Notes: generated by a model not told the origin, from the letters alone. A DNA stretch of 64,000 nt from Gemmatimonadota bacterium (GCA_020348925.1 CP070758.1:3797688-3861687); one strand, 5' to 3'; shown: positions 48,505 through 59,080, counted from the stretch's first letter. Numbers and translations: made by a program.

Positions 48505-49617
48505 GTGTCTTTTGAAAAGGATTTTTTGGTGAATTTTCGAAAAATTGTCAAACCGGCGAAGAAGGGAATTGCGAATATCTTAGCCAGACGTCCGGTCAAT
48601 TCGAGCACTGAAATCAGATTAACCCGACTCTGCACCCAGCGATGTCGTCAATGCAACATTTACAATAAGAGCACCGAACCGCCGACTGTCAATCCGGACG
48701 ATTTTGCCCTCATGGCGAGGCGGCTGAGAGATTACGGGGCATACGTCGGCTTTATCAGCGGTGGCGAACCGACTCTCGTACCGCATCTGAATGAAATGTT
48801 GCACGAGGCGGTAAAGACGTTTCCGGTGGCGGTGACTCTGAACACAGGCTTGTACAATACGACGAAAACGATCGAGCACATCGCCGAATACGTTCTGAGG
48901 CATAACATCAATATTCAGACTTCCCTGGATGGCCTGAATGATGTGGGGGACGATCTTCGTGGTGTTCCTGAATTCTCACGGACTGTACTCAAGCATATGG
49001 AAGTCATCTCAGAGATGCGGAGAGACTTACGATCACACTCCCTTCTCTATGTAAACATCGTCCTCAACAACCTCAATATGGATCAAATCCCAGAGATGAT
49101 TCACCATATTGCTGCGAAGGGATGGGATGTGACTGTCGGTCTCTACCATACAGTGACCTCATCCACAAAAAATGATGAGGCACTCAGACCTGTCCTCGGA
49201 CAGGATCTTGACCGGCTCATAGCATACTTGATCGACCATCCCCGTATCCTGACGCTGAAACCCTTTCTCCAGGGAATCAAGGTGTTTCTCGATGGAAACG
49301 GGTTCAAAAAACACTGCCCGTTTTTGACCTCCCCCCTTCTCGCCACCCGCCTCACAATCATGGAAACCGGAGATGTTCATCTGTGCCGGGGGGAACCTAT
49401 TGGAAATATTTTGAAGCATGAATTACGAGAGATCTTCTCCGATCGTGCCTACACTCAGCGTTTATCGGAGTACAGGAGATGTTCTGGATGCTGGACAAGT
49501 TGTTACATTCAACGATCCCTGCTCCTGCACCCCCGCACTCCAAAAGAATTTCTGTCAAATATGAAGAAAGTACTTCGTGCACGACGAGCTGTGCGCTTGA
49601 AGCCGGAGGTCCAATGA
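48505..49617 (+). CDS. Radical SAM protein with SPASM/twitch-type C-terminus
   Basis: CTQRCRQC, ISGGEP, SLDG, GDVHLC....IGN, C.GCW.SC. Confidence 0.88.
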   Translation: MSFEKDFLVNFRKIVKPAKKGIANILARRPVNSSTEIRLTRLCTQRCRQCNIYNKSTEPPTVNPDDFALMARRLRDYGAYVGFISGGEPTLVPHLNEMLHEAVKTFPVAVTLNTGLYNTTKTIEHIAEYVLRHNINIQTSLDGLNDVGDDLRGVPEFSRTVLKHMEVISEMRRDLRSHSLLYVNIVLNNLNMDQIPEMIHHIAAKGWDVTVGLYHTVTSSTKNDEALRPVLGQDLDRLIAYLIDHPRILTLKPFLQGIKVFLDGNGFKKHCPFLTSPLLATRLTIMETGDVHLCRGEPIGNILKHELREIFSDRAYTQRLSEYRRCSGCWTSCYIQRSLLLHPRTPKEFLSNMKKVLRARRAVRLKPEVQ

Positions 49618-50654
49618 TTCGGTCAGCCATGACCATCCTTCGAAGACACGCGACCACCAAAAAGGCAGTGAACGTCCTCATTGTGCTGGTCTCGTATCTT
49701 CTTTCGAAACTGATCCGGCGACCGATTGCGTGGGGCCATCCCTTTATGCTTATGGTCGAACCTACGAATATGTGTAACCTCAAATGTCCCCTCTGTCCTA
49801 CCGGCTCCGATAGTCTCACACGGCCCAAAGGAAAAATGTCTTACGAACATTTTGTACATCTCATCGACGAAGTTCACGAACATCTCTTGCTCCTCAGTCT
49901 CTGGAACGTGGGCGAGCCTTTCCTGAACGAGAGTTTTATCAAAATGATTCGATTCGCAAAGAGAAAAAACATATACGTCATCACGAGTACCAATGGTCAT
50001 TTTTTAGGTACAAGAGAAAAGGTGCGAGATCTTATCCTATCGGGCTTGGACGAATTGATCGTCTCCATGGACGGTGCAAGTTCGGAAACGTACAATCGTT
50101 TTAGACAGAATGGACAGTTTCAGACAGTCGTCGATGGGCTCCGAGGAGTGACGGACGAAAAGAATATTCTCAAGAGCGCAAGTCCCCGAATCGATCTTCA
50201 ATTTATTGTCATGCGACACAATGAACATGAGGTCAAGGCGATGGAAGATTTAGCCCGAGAGCTGAAGGTCGACAAATTGACCCTCAAAACAGTTCAGGTT
50301 ACAAACGTGGAGGAGGCCGAGGAATTTCTCCCCACCCAACAGGAATTCAGACGGTACCTTTTTCATGGAGACACCTTCCGTATGAGGGGGAAACTGAAGA
50401 ACAATTGTCGTTGGCTGTGGTTCTGTCCCGTCGTCAACTGGAACGGAACAGTCGTTCCCTGCTGCTTCGACAAAGACAACGAGTTCACTTTTGGAAACGT
50501 TTTCGAAGAATCATCTTTAGAGAATATTTGGCAGAATGAGCAGTACAGCGCTTTTCGAAGAAACATATTGAGCGACAGAAAAGCCTATGCACTGTGCACA
50601 AATTGTTCTGAAGGTATAAAGAGCCTGTATATAAAAAAGGAACGGCTTACTTAG
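49614..50654 (+). CDS. Radical SAM/SPASM protein
   Basis: EPTN.CNLKCPLC, GEPFL, STNG, SMDG, C..LW...VVNWNG.VVPCC.D, C.NC; ATGA overlap. Confidence 0.92.
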   Translation: MIRSAMTILRRHATTKKAVNVLIVLVSYLLSKLIRRPIAWGHPFMLMVEPTNMCNLKCPLCPTGSDSLTRPKGKMSYEHFVHLIDEVHEHLLLLSLWNVGEPFLNESFIKMIRFAKRKNIYVITSTNGHFLGTREKVRDLILSGLDELIVSMDGASSETYNRFRQNGQFQTVVDGLRGVTDEKNILKSASPRIDLQFIVMRHNEHEVKAMEDLARELKVDKLTLKTVQVTNVEEAEEFLPTQQEFRRYLFHGDTFRMRGKLKNNCRWLWFCPVVNWNGTVVPCCFDKDNEFTFGNVFEESSLENIWQNEQYSAFRRNILSDRKAYALCTNCSEGIKSLYIKKERLT

Positions 50655-50665
50655 GGAAACACGAA

Positions 50666-51595
50666 ATGACTCTGCGTTGGAGAAAATATCTCGTTGTCGC
50701 GAAGATCATACTCACGTTCCTCATTCTGGGGATCGTGCTTCTTCAGGTTGACATACATCGAATTGGATCGGCTTTTCAATCCCTTCGAGTTTCATTTTTT
50801 ATTCTGGCTCTCCTATTCGTTCCAGTCAATCTCATTTTTCAGCTGATCCGATGGCATTATATTCTTAAGACAGTGGCCATCGCTGTGACACCCCGACACG
50901 CGTTCAAGTCGATTCTGGCAGGATTGGCCTTCAGTCTTGTGACCCCAGGACGGGTTGGCGAAGTCGGACGATCACTCTATTTTCAATCTTCGACCACGAT
51001 CAAAACTGCTGGCCTCGTTATCTTAGAAAAGGCTTATGCATTCATAGTCATACTGATCGTCTCAGGCATCAGCATCATGCTTTGGCAAAGAACACTTATA
51101 GGAGCTCTTATAATTGTCAGTGCACTTTTTATCGGATTTCAGTTGAAACTCATCCGTTCCCTTCTCTCCCGGCTCTCTTTTCTGTTCCCGTACGGCGAAA
51201 AAATCGCAGAGTTGTGGTCGTCCTGGGACAGCTTTGAACGAAAGCACATCGCACTTCTGCTGGCGATCTCAATGGGATTCTTTGTCATTGTATTTCTCCA
51301 GTTCTTCATTCTTGTATCATCCTTTCAGACGGTGTCCCCGGCGTCAGCACTGATCGCCATTCCTCTGACGATGGCCATCAATTCTTTTCCCATCACAATT
51401 GCCGGGTTGGGTCTGCGAGAAGGCGCTGCGGTTTTTTTCTTTTCCAAGTTCGGAGTGGCCGAAGCCGCAGCTTTAAACGGAGCGTTCCTTCTCTTCGTTA
51501 TCGATATTCTCATTCCAGGACTTGTCGGCCTGCCTCTCATATCGAAAATGAGATTGCACTTCGAACACGCCGCTGAGGAGAAACCGTTCCCATGA
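50666..51595 (+). CDS. Lysylphosphatidylglycerol-synthase TM / flippase-like protein (UPF0104)
   Basis: RW..IL, TPGRVGE..R, PITIAGLGLREG, multiple TMs. Confidence 0.88.
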   Translation: MTLRWRKYLVVAKIILTFLILGIVLLQVDIHRIGSAFQSLRVSFFILALLFVPVNLIFQLIRWHYILKTVAIAVTPRHAFKSILAGLAFSLVTPGRVGEVGRSLYFQSSTTIKTAGLVILEKAYAFIVILIVSGISIMLWQRTLIGALIIVSALFIGFQLKLIRSLLSRLSFLFPYGEKIAELWSSWDSFERKHIALLLAISMGFFVIVFLQFFILVSSFQTVSPASALIAIPLTMAINSFPITIAGLGLREGAAVFFFSKFGVAEAAALNGAFLLFVIDILIPGLVGLPLISKMRLHFEHAAEEKPFP

Positions 51596-52383
51596 GATAT
51601 CCTATTCTTCTGCAACTCAGATTCTGGTGCATTATTCATTGTACCCTCTTCGCATTCTCCGCTCCGTCCGTCTTGAGCTCCGGTGAAACGCAACGCCAAG
51701 AAACCTATGTGTACAGCTTTCAATACTTGGGCCTGACAGTGGCAGAAGGTACCATCACCATCTCCGATACTCTCATGGATGACGGCACAAGTGGAAAATA
51801 TATGAAGACCCGTGCCACCTCCCTGACGGCAGCATCCGTTCTCTTTCGAATCGATAACAAATACAGCACTCTTATTGATACAGCAACCTGTCTTCCGCTT
51901 CTCTACACAAAAAATATCGAGCAGACGAATTTGAGTCAGGGCTGTCATTTTCAATTCGACCAAAAGAACCTCTGCATACTCAGCGCTGAGGGGGAAAAAA
52001 TTTCCCTGGCTGCTCCGACTCACAACTTCTTCTCCGCCCTCTATTACATGATGAACCATACTTTTCAACCCAAAGAGATTCTGCGTCTCCCAGTCTATGC
52101 CGCCGGGAATATTTGGGAAGTCAGAGCGGAGGCACTCAAAACAGAGATGATCGCAACATCGATTGGTACCTATCGAACCGTACAGGTTGAAATCGAATTT
52201 CACCGTCATTCCAATTTCCAAGAGCAGACAAGAAAAACAGACGTCCTCACGAACCGTCTCCTGCAGGAGGATGTCAAAACGTATCTCTGGTTTTCGGCAA
52301 CCGAAAATGGTGTGGTCGTCAAGGCCGAATATGAACTGTTTCCCGCAGGACTGCGCATGATGTTAGCCGGATACATGAAATAG
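51592..52383 (+). CDS. DUF3108-like exported protein
   Basis: Signal peptide; Y...YLG..V..G.I, F.I...Y.T.ID, ..W.S pattern. Confidence 0.65.
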   Translation: MRYPILLQLRFWCIIHCTLFAFSAPSVLSSGETQRQETYVYSFQYLGLTVAEGTITISDTLMDDGTSGKYMKTRATSLTAASVLFRIDNKYSTLIDTATCLPLLYTKNIEQTNLSQGCHFQFDQKNLCILSAEGEKISLAAPTHNFFSALYYMMNHTFQPKEILRLPVYAAGNIWEVRAEALKTEMIATSIGTYRTVQVEIEFHRHSNFQEQTRKTDVLTNRLLQEDVKTYLWFSATENGVVVKAEYELFPAGLRMMLAGYMK

Positions 52384-52391
52384 GAGAACCG

Positions 52392-54008
52392 ATGGACATC
52401 CCTTTCAATCCTTTCTATGTCGCCCTCTACCCAGAAATTCACTACACTTTTGATCTCTTTTTCAGTAGACTGTGGCATGCTCAGCCCGAAATTCTCGCCG
52501 ATTGTCCATGGCGTATCAATCCCGGATGCAAGATTCCTCTTCTGTGCATTATCAAGCATGCCGATAGATTTCCCATATCGCTCGAATCAATCGCCGTTGA
52601 GATGCTCTATGATGACGGAACGAGAGAGAATCAGACGATATGGGCCACCCCCTATCCTATAAAAACTTATCACTGGTACAATGTGTTTCTGATTGCACCG
52701 AGAAAAGAGTACTCAGGCAATATTCTTATTTCCGTGTACATCAACATCCAGCAGGGACATCACGCTCACCATATTGTGAACCATAATTATCGAGGCATAA
52801 TGAAATCTCCTCTGAAAGTGCACATCGCCAAGGAGCCGCTTCCGGCTTTAGAGCACTGGTATTACGGCGAATCGCATTGCCACAGTTTTCACTCCGACGA
52901 CCAGGTGGAATTTGGAGCTCCGGTATCAGCTACAATCCAGCTGGCAACAGCGATGGGTCTCAACTGGATAGCCATAACGGATCACTCCTACGACTTGGAC
53001 GATACATACGGAAACGCTTTGCATTATGATCACAATCTCTCGAAGTGGAAAAAGCTAAAAAAGGACATACAGAACGAAAACGGTAAAAGTTCATTCAAAA
53101 CAATTCTGGGAGAGGAAATTTCATGCGGCAGTGCGCGAAATAAAAATATCCACCTTCTCGCCTATGGAATCAATAATTTTATACCAGGCGGTGGTGACGG
53201 GGCCGAACGCTGGTTCAGGACGAGACCGGATTTGCCATTGAAGAAGGTCCTTCGGATAGTGAAGGAAGACGGGGGTATCGCTTATGCCGCTCACCCACAG
53301 GAGCGTTTTACATTGGGTGAACGGTTTATGCTTCGCCGAGGACATTGGGAAAAAGAAGATCACGCCCTCACAGATTATTGCGGACTCCAATTCTGGAACG
53401 GGAAGCAGGACAAATCGTTTCATGAAGGGTACAAACGATGGATTGAGATGTTGCTCCAAGGGAGGCGCATTTATTGTATCGGTGGTGACGATTCACATGG
53501 TGATTTTAATGTTTTCCGTCAAATAAGAATTCCCCTCGTCAAAATGATAGAATCACCATACAAGGTTTTTGGCAAAGTTCGAACATGTATCTTCTGTGAA
53601 AACGAATTCAATGAAAAATCAATCCTGACAGCCTTAGCCAAGGGACACATCATAGTCACCTCAGGTCCCTTTGCCACCCTGTCTGCCCGGAATGAACAGG
53701 GAAATACGGTCGGAATCGGTGGAGAAATTTCAGGAAAAAAAGTGGACATCGTTATAACAGGCAGATCCTCAGAAGAATTTGGAGACATAGAACAGGTGTC
53801 ACTGTACACTGGCAATCTGAAGGATCGGAACGAGAAAAAGCAGGAATTTCTCTTCAAGGCAGATTATTCCAATGCTCGGGATTTCGAAATCAAAAACACG
53901 TCTCTTCAAACGGCAGATCCGGTCTATTTTCGATTGGAGGCAACATCCAGGAAGGGGAAAAATGCGTATACCGTTTATACAAATCCGATTTGGTACACAC
54001 CGGCCTAA
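52392..54008 (+). CDS. PHP-fold metallohydrolase (CehA/McbA-like)
   Basis: H.HS..SD, ITDH, GEEIS, HLL, AHP, GG.DSH, Y.R.E and TNPIW. Confidence 0.82.
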   Translation: MDIPFNPFYVALYPEIHYTFDLFFSRLWHAQPEILADCPWRINPGCKIPLLCIIKHADRFPISLESIAVEMLYDDGTRENQTIWATPYPIKTYHWYNVFLIAPRKEYSGNILISVYINIQQGHHAHHIVNHNYRGIMKSPLKVHIAKEPLPALEHWYYGESHCHSFHSDDQVEFGAPVSATIQLATAMGLNWIAITDHSYDLDDTYGNALHYDHNLSKWKKLKKDIQNENGKSSFKTILGEEISCGSARNKNIHLLAYGINNFIPGGGDGAERWFRTRPDLPLKKVLRIVKEDGGIAYAAHPQERFTLGERFMLRRGHWEKEDHALTDYCGLQFWNGKQDKSFHEGYKRWIEMLLQGRRIYCIGGDDSHGDFNVFRQIRIPLVKMIESPYKVFGKVRTCIFCENEFNEKSILTALAKGHIIVTSGPFATLSARNEQGNTVGIGGEISGKKVDIVITGRSSEEFGDIEQVSLYTGNLKDRNEKKQEFLFKADYSNARDFEIKNTSLQTADPVYFRLEATSRKGKNAYTVYTNPIWYTPA

Positions 54009-54101
54009 GATTCTTTTGTTTCTATCTTTTTCTCATCCCAGCCGTGGCGGTGACACTGATGACGATGTGCGAGCGGTCGGAGACATGTCAGGAGAGCGCG
54101 A

Positions 54102-55910
54102 ATGAAATTCGGGGACTTTTTCGCGGACCAGAATTGTATCGTTTTTGACGGTGCTCTGGGCACACAACTCTATGCACGGGGCATTCCGAAAGGACACTGT
54201 TACGATGAGCTGAACATCTCCATGCCGGAAGTCGTGATGGGAATTCACCAAGAGTATATCGATGCGGGAGCTCAGGTTATCACCACAAACACGTTCGGTG
54301 CCAATGCCTCTATCCTGGAGGAATATTATGATCTGGGCGGAAAAGTAAAAGAGATAAACTATTTCGGAGCACGACTGGCAAAACGTATTGCCAAGAAAAG
54401 ATCCTTTGTCGCCGGCTCCATCGGTCCTGTAACGAGACCTCTTGACCGGGAGAAGAAACTGAAAGACGAGGACATCTCGATGATACTCAAGGAACAGATT
54501 GAGGCGCTCCTCGAAGGCGGAGTGGACCTCTTGCTCCTCGAAACCTTTGCCAGTCTTGATGAGCTTCAAGCGGGTATACGCATAGCACGGGAAATAGACA
54601 AAGAGATCGTCATCATCGCTGAGGCTTCCTTTCCCAACAACGGTCTCACTCTTTTTGGAAAAAATCCGTACGAAGCGGCCCTCAGGCTCGACGTTCAAGA
54701 GGTCGATGTCAGCGGGTCCAACTGCGGCACAGGCCCTCAGAGCGTTTACGAAGCGATCAGAAAAATGGGATCAGTAACCGACAAGGAGCTGTGTGCCATG
54801 CCCAACGCCGGTTTGGCTCAATTCACTCAAGGAAAATTCTCCTATCCGTACAATCCGGAATACTTCGCACGGTACGGGAAAAAACTGTTGGCATCCGGAG
54901 TGAGAGTTATCGGCGGATGCTGCGGTACAACCCCCCAGCATATCAAGCTCCTCACTAAAAACCTTGAAGGACTGACACCCGGTAGAAGGAAAACCAAAAA
55001 AATCGAGATCACCCAACAGAGACAGGTCAGAAAAAGAGAAGAAATCACTTCGCATTTGCCGTCGCTTTTTGACAGAGGGGACGCCATCGCCCTTGAAATC
55101 GATCCACCCAGGGACACCGATTTTGAGGGTTTCATCAAAAAAATAGAGCCATATGCAGAATATATCGATGTCATACATGTCTCGGATAGTCCCATGGCAA
55201 AACCGAGAATGTCTCCCATTTCTGCAGGAAAGCTTCTGAAGGATGCTCTTGAGAAAGAGATCGTCATTCACTACACGTGCAGGGACAGAAACATTCTTGG
55301 TATCCAATCCGATCTCATCGGCGCTTCTGCCCTCGGACTCGAAAACGTGCTGGCCCTCGGTGGAGACCCTCCTTCCATAGGCGATTATCCCTTCGCCACA
55401 GGCGTCTACGATCTCACCGCGGACGGGCTCGTCGAAATGATGTCGGCCCTGAACCAGGGCGTTGATCTTCTTGGAAACCCGGTTGGACAGCAAACCCATT
55501 TCTTCATCGGCATTGGCGCGGGAATGGGGCAAAAAGATACAAGCGAAATCGAGATCGTAAAGAGAAAGATACAACATGGGGCACATTTTATAGTGACCCA
55601 ACCGATCTTTGATCTCGAAGGAAAAAGAGATCATTTTGAGGCTTTGAAAAAGCTGAGATCTCCTATAGTGGTCAGTATCTTTCCTCTCGTCTCCTCTCAA
55701 AATGCTGAATATGTTCACTTCGAGGTGCCTGGTATCACAATTCCGCACAGATATTTGAAAAGAATGGAGGGGAAGAAAGGGAAAGAGGGGGAAAAAGAAT
55801 GGATAAGTATTGCCAGAGAACTTCTAAAAGAACTGCGCGGTTTCGCCAACGGAATTCTGCTCATTCCACCTTTCAATCGATTTCACCTTGTCGAAGAAAT
55901 TCTTTCGTAG
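54102..55910 (+). CDS. yitJ: Bifunctional homocysteine S-methyltransferase / methylenetetrahydrofolate reductase
   Basis: DGALGT, TNTFGAN, AGSIGP, NC..GP, PNAG, GGCCGTTP; then E.DPP, HYTCRDRN, GDPP..GDYP, TQPIF. Confidence 0.92.
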   Translation: MKFGDFFADQNCIVFDGALGTQLYARGIPKGHCYDELNISMPEVVMGIHQEYIDAGAQVITTNTFGANASILEEYYDLGGKVKEINYFGARLAKRIAKKRSFVAGSIGPVTRPLDREKKLKDEDISMILKEQIEALLEGGVDLLLLETFASLDELQAGIRIAREIDKEIVIIAEASFPNNGLTLFGKNPYEAALRLDVQEVDVSGSNCGTGPQSVYEAIRKMGSVTDKELCAMPNAGLAQFTQGKFSYPYNPEYFARYGKKLLASGVRVIGGCCGTTPQHIKLLTKNLEGLTPGRRKTKKIEITQQRQVRKREEITSHLPSLFDRGDAIALEIDPPRDTDFEGFIKKIEPYAEYIDVIHVSDSPMAKPRMSPISAGKLLKDALEKEIVIHYTCRDRNILGIQSDLIGASALGLENVLALGGDPPSIGDYPFATGVYDLTADGLVEMMSALNQGVDLLGNPVGQQTHFFIGIGAGMGQKDTSEIEIVKRKIQHGAHFIVTQPIFDLEGKRDHFEALKKLRSPIVVSIFPLVSSQNAEYVHFEVPGITIPHRYLKRMEGKKGKEGEKEWISIARELLKELRGFANGILLIPPFNRFHLVEEILS

Positions 55911-55925
55911 GACACAGGAAAAAAG

Positions 55926-56618
55926 ATGAATGTAGGCATTCAAAAACTGTTTTCTGAGGTGCCGCGCACCTACGAGCTCGTCAACCATGTGCTGACTTTT
56001 GGGTTCGATATCCTGTGGCGCAGGACAGCCGCGAAGGTTGCGGTTTCCGGAGGCGGAACACAATGGCTGGACCTGTGCAGCGGGACAGGCGAAATGGCTC
56101 TCTCTCTCCGGCAAATCGGAGGAGATGAGGTGACCGTCGTTGCTGCCGACTTTTCCCTGCCCATGTTGCGTCATCTCAAAGAAAAACCGGAAGCCGAAAA
56201 TATCGTCTTGACGCTGGCGGAAGCGAGCCAGCTCCCTTTTCCCAACAACACCTTCGATCTGGGGACCCTCTCCTTTGCCACACGGAATATCAAAGTCAGC
56301 CGAGACGATTTGATTCAATGTTTCCGAGAATTCCACCGCATCATCAAGCCGGGCGGGCGCTTCGTCATTCTGGAAACGAGCCAGCCGCCCTCAAGATGCA
56401 TCAGGTGGCTCATCCACACCTACGTTCGGCTCTTCGTGCGTCCTGTCGGATTCATCATTTCAGGATCGCGCACGCCCTACGCCTATCTCTCGCGTACGAT
56501 ACGACGGTTCTATGAGGCCGAAGAACTATCGGACATTATCAAACAAGCCGGTTTCTCAGAGGTGACCTTCAAACGCTTACTCTTCGGGATAACCGCAATA
56601 CATAAAGCGTTAAAATAA
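55926..56618 (+). CDS. ubiE: UbiE/MenG-family methyltransferase
   Basis: F......Y...N..L.FG....WRR, LDLCSGTG, DFS..ML, LPF..N.FD, E..R..KPGG. Confidence 0.82.
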   Translation: MNVGIQKLFSEVPRTYELVNHVLTFGFDILWRRTAAKVAVSGGGTQWLDLCSGTGEMALSLRQIGGDEVTVVAADFSLPMLRHLKEKPEAENIVLTLAEASQLPFPNNTFDLGTLSFATRNIKVSRDDLIQCFREFHRIIKPGGRFVILETSQPPSRCIRWLIHTYVRLFVRPVGFIISGSRTPYAYLSRTIRRFYEAEELSDIIKQAGFSEVTFKRLLFGITAIHKALK

Positions 56619-56715
56619 TATGAGTTACATCGTATAAGATGAAGAGGAACATCGATTCCCTCTCGAAGAATGAATATATGCCAGGAGCGTTTAGTTAAAA
56701 GAAAGGAGACCTATA

Positions 56716-57198
56716 ATGCAAGTCTTAGTCATGTACTACTCGCGATCGGGGAACACGAAAAAGCTGGCCGAAGAAATAGCCAAGGGAGTGAAAGAAGTCG
56801 AAGACATCGAATGTGTCGTGAAATCCGTGTCCGAGATTACACAAGATGACTTTTTAGAAGCGGACGGCATCATTGCCGGAAGCCCCGTCTATTTTGGAGC
56901 CATGGCGGCGGAGATGAAGGAGATCTTCGACAAGTTTGTCGGCATCCGAAAACACATGGAAGGAAAAATCGGCGCGGCTTTCTCCACAGCCGGTGACCCA
57001 TCTGGCGGAAAAGAGACGACGATGCTGTCCATCATCCAGGCCATGCTCATTTACGGCATGATCATCGTCGGCGACCCCCTGGACGCCAGCGGTCACTACG
57101 GCGTCGCTTGTCTTGGCGCCCCGGACAAACTGGCGGCTGAGAATGGTGCGAAGTTGGGGAGGCGGGTGGCTCTGTTGGTTAAAAAACTACAGGTCTAA
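56716..57198 (+). CDS. Flavodoxin-like NAD(P)H oxidoreductase (WrbA family)
   Basis: YYSRSGNTKKLA, GSPVYFG, GAAF...G...GG.ETT; AAGGAG RBS. Confidence 0.88.
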   Translation: MQVLVMYYSRSGNTKKLAEEIAKGVKEVEDIECVVKSVSEITQDDFLEADGIIAGSPVYFGAMAAEMKEIFDKFVGIRKHMEGKIGAAFSTAGDPSGGKETTMLSIIQAMLIYGMIIVGDPLDASGHYGVACLGAPDKLAAENGAKLGRRVALLVKKLQV

Positions 57199-57271
57199 TG
57201 TATAGATTGTATTGGAATCGAAGGAAAGAATATTACAATTCACTTTTTCGTTATTCTTCGCCGCTATACCT

Positions 57272-57826
57272 TCAATTTCCTCCATGTTCCTCCAATGTTT
57301 TTCGAAGAATGTGGAGAAGAGCCCTGTCTCGATCACACTCAAGGTGTTCCCTCATATTGATGAGGGTCGGCAGGTCAAAAAATTTTGTGAGTTCCGTCTC
57401 CGAGATTCACTTTCTCCGTTTTTTTCGACAACGCACCATACCCCTGACCACCCAACGTACTTCCCCCCAAATTCAAAGGCCCGTATTTCGTCATCAAAAG
57501 GCTATATCCTGTATTGCCAGGAAGGGAGTTTGTCGGCGAGATATCTGGTTTATCGCGGGACACCATCACCAGCTCCTGGAGTACCTTTCCTAATCCTACC
57601 AGATTGTGGCCTCTCTCGAATAGACCAGATCAAGATCGAAAATGGATCGGACATCACGCAATCTCAGAATGGACCGGACAGTTCGCTGCAAAACCAAGAG
57701 TCGCTGCCTGGGGCTCTGAGAAAGTATCCACCGGATCGGGGTGACATCAACACCATCGTCAGCGGACGATTTCTCATGCTCCCCTGTTGAACCGATCTTC
57801 GATCCTGTTTTATGGAGCTCACTCAT
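57272..57826 (-). pseudogene. Relic of a small-protein plus nucleotidyltransferase gene pair
   Basis: Across three frames: DGVDVT.IRW.LS.SP..RL..LQ fused to FDLDLVYSR; then NL..L..VLQEL...LLMTKYGPL.L; then DLPTLI....E....DRA.L.ILR.TLEE*. Confidence 0.6.
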
Positions 57827-58049
57827 GTCGATTCCTTTATTGCCCCATCTCTCCCAGACCAGCTAAAGGTTTGGGTTTCACATGCCTGAATTTTGCGGTA
57901 TCACCTCACTGTATTAGGGGTCTCGATTGTGTGATGCGACACAAAAGAGAGAAACACCGACAGTCTTTCGGTTGATGCACAAACCATAGTTATTATTCGT
58001 TCAAAATCTTCAGTTGGTTTCGGGGTCCCTGAGATACAGGGAATACTTT

Positions 58050-58214
58050 TTACAACTGAGAGATGTTCAGACCCTTCTGAATGAAAAGGCTCCGCTCACA
58101 GTGCGCACACGACAGGGCTCCCCTATTCACGGCATCATCACCGTCCTTGTCGCGCAGAATAAGTTCACCATGACACTGAGGACAACACGGCAATGGCACT
58201 GTTGAGCATTTCAT
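58050..58214 (-). pseudogene. Trm112-like zinc-finger mini-ORF (54 aa), probably truncated
   Basis: MKCSTVPLPCCPQCHGELIL...GALSCAHCERSLFIQKG; below the ORF-track cutoff. Confidence 0.45.
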
Positions 58215-58297
58215 CTCAATCACATACTCAGTTACAAGTCAAAAGGGGAAATATCCAAATTGCGGGTTTCTCTCTGTCCACGTGCAGTTCTTTGCTG

Positions 58298-58906
58298 TTA
58301 CTCCATTGAGCAAAACTCACACCTTCGTTCTTGTCGATACATATCCAAACCACTACTCTTTCCCCTTACCCGCAATACGAAAAAAAGAACGAGAGCAGAT
58401 GCAAAGAGAAAAAAGGCGATGATGGCAGCAATGGCAAGGTAGTATCGGTTTCTAACAGAAGTGTCCGTTAGTTTCCAGCGCCTGATTGTATAGCGAAAAA
58501 GCATGATGGAAAGAAAAAGAAAAATGCTTTGGATAAAGAAGAAGGTGTATTGAGAAAAAAGAATACCGGCCGCAGCCCATGCATCGGGGAACTGTTTTGT
58601 AGAAGCACGATAGATATTCAGAACAAGAAAACCGGGGACTAAAATGAGGGCTATGGTTGAATTGGCTATGAGGAGCTTGAATTCGTTGCGATCGCCAAAG
58701 ATGAAAAAAAACGTCAACATAAAACCCAGAACAACAAGTGGGAACAAAGGCTCGCTGTGATGTGATTTGGGATAAGACGGAGAATATCCGGCCCAGAGGC
58801 TGTACAAACCCCAAAAGAAAAGCCACAGGAGCAGCTCGTATGCAACCGACTTGGTAGCATATCTGTCAATTAATGATCCACGACTTTTCGAAGGAATGGA
58901 ATTCAC
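58298..58906 (-). CDS. AT-rich multi-TM hypothetical protein
   Basis: About five hydrophobic segments; purine-rich RBS before the GTG. Confidence 0.65.
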   Translation of the reverse strand: MNSIPSKSRGSLIDRYATKSVAYELLLWLFFWGLYSLWAGYSPSYPKSHHSEPLFPLVVLGFMLTFFFIFGDRNEFKLLIANSTIALILVPGFLVLNIYRASTKQFPDAWAAAGILFSQYTFFFIQSIFLFLSIMLFRYTIRRWKLTDTSVRNRYYLAIAAIIAFFLFASALVLFFVLRVRGKSSGLDMYRQERRCEFCSME

Positions 58907-59080
58907 TATCTCTCTTCCTTAAGAATGAAAGGTTCTATCATTCCTTCAGTTTGTACATAAGTTGCTTGCCAACGATTAGCAAACCACAAAGCCTGCACAG
59001 TCCGTTGGATCCGCCGATCTTCTTCACTCGAGTTGATCCATCCATGCTGATTGTATCGTTGTGAGGAAACCACAACGATA

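Noticed and set aside
46050..51595. Hopanoid cluster or RiPP cluster
   Set aside because: No squalene-hopene cyclase, no B12-binding domain on the radical SAM proteins, no precursor peptide or RRE seen.
54030..54100. SAM-I riboswitch before yitJ
   Set aside because: CTCATCCCAG..GGCGG resembles the 5' start, but the spacer is under 100 nt and lacks GCAACC, GGTGC and the closing GATGAG.
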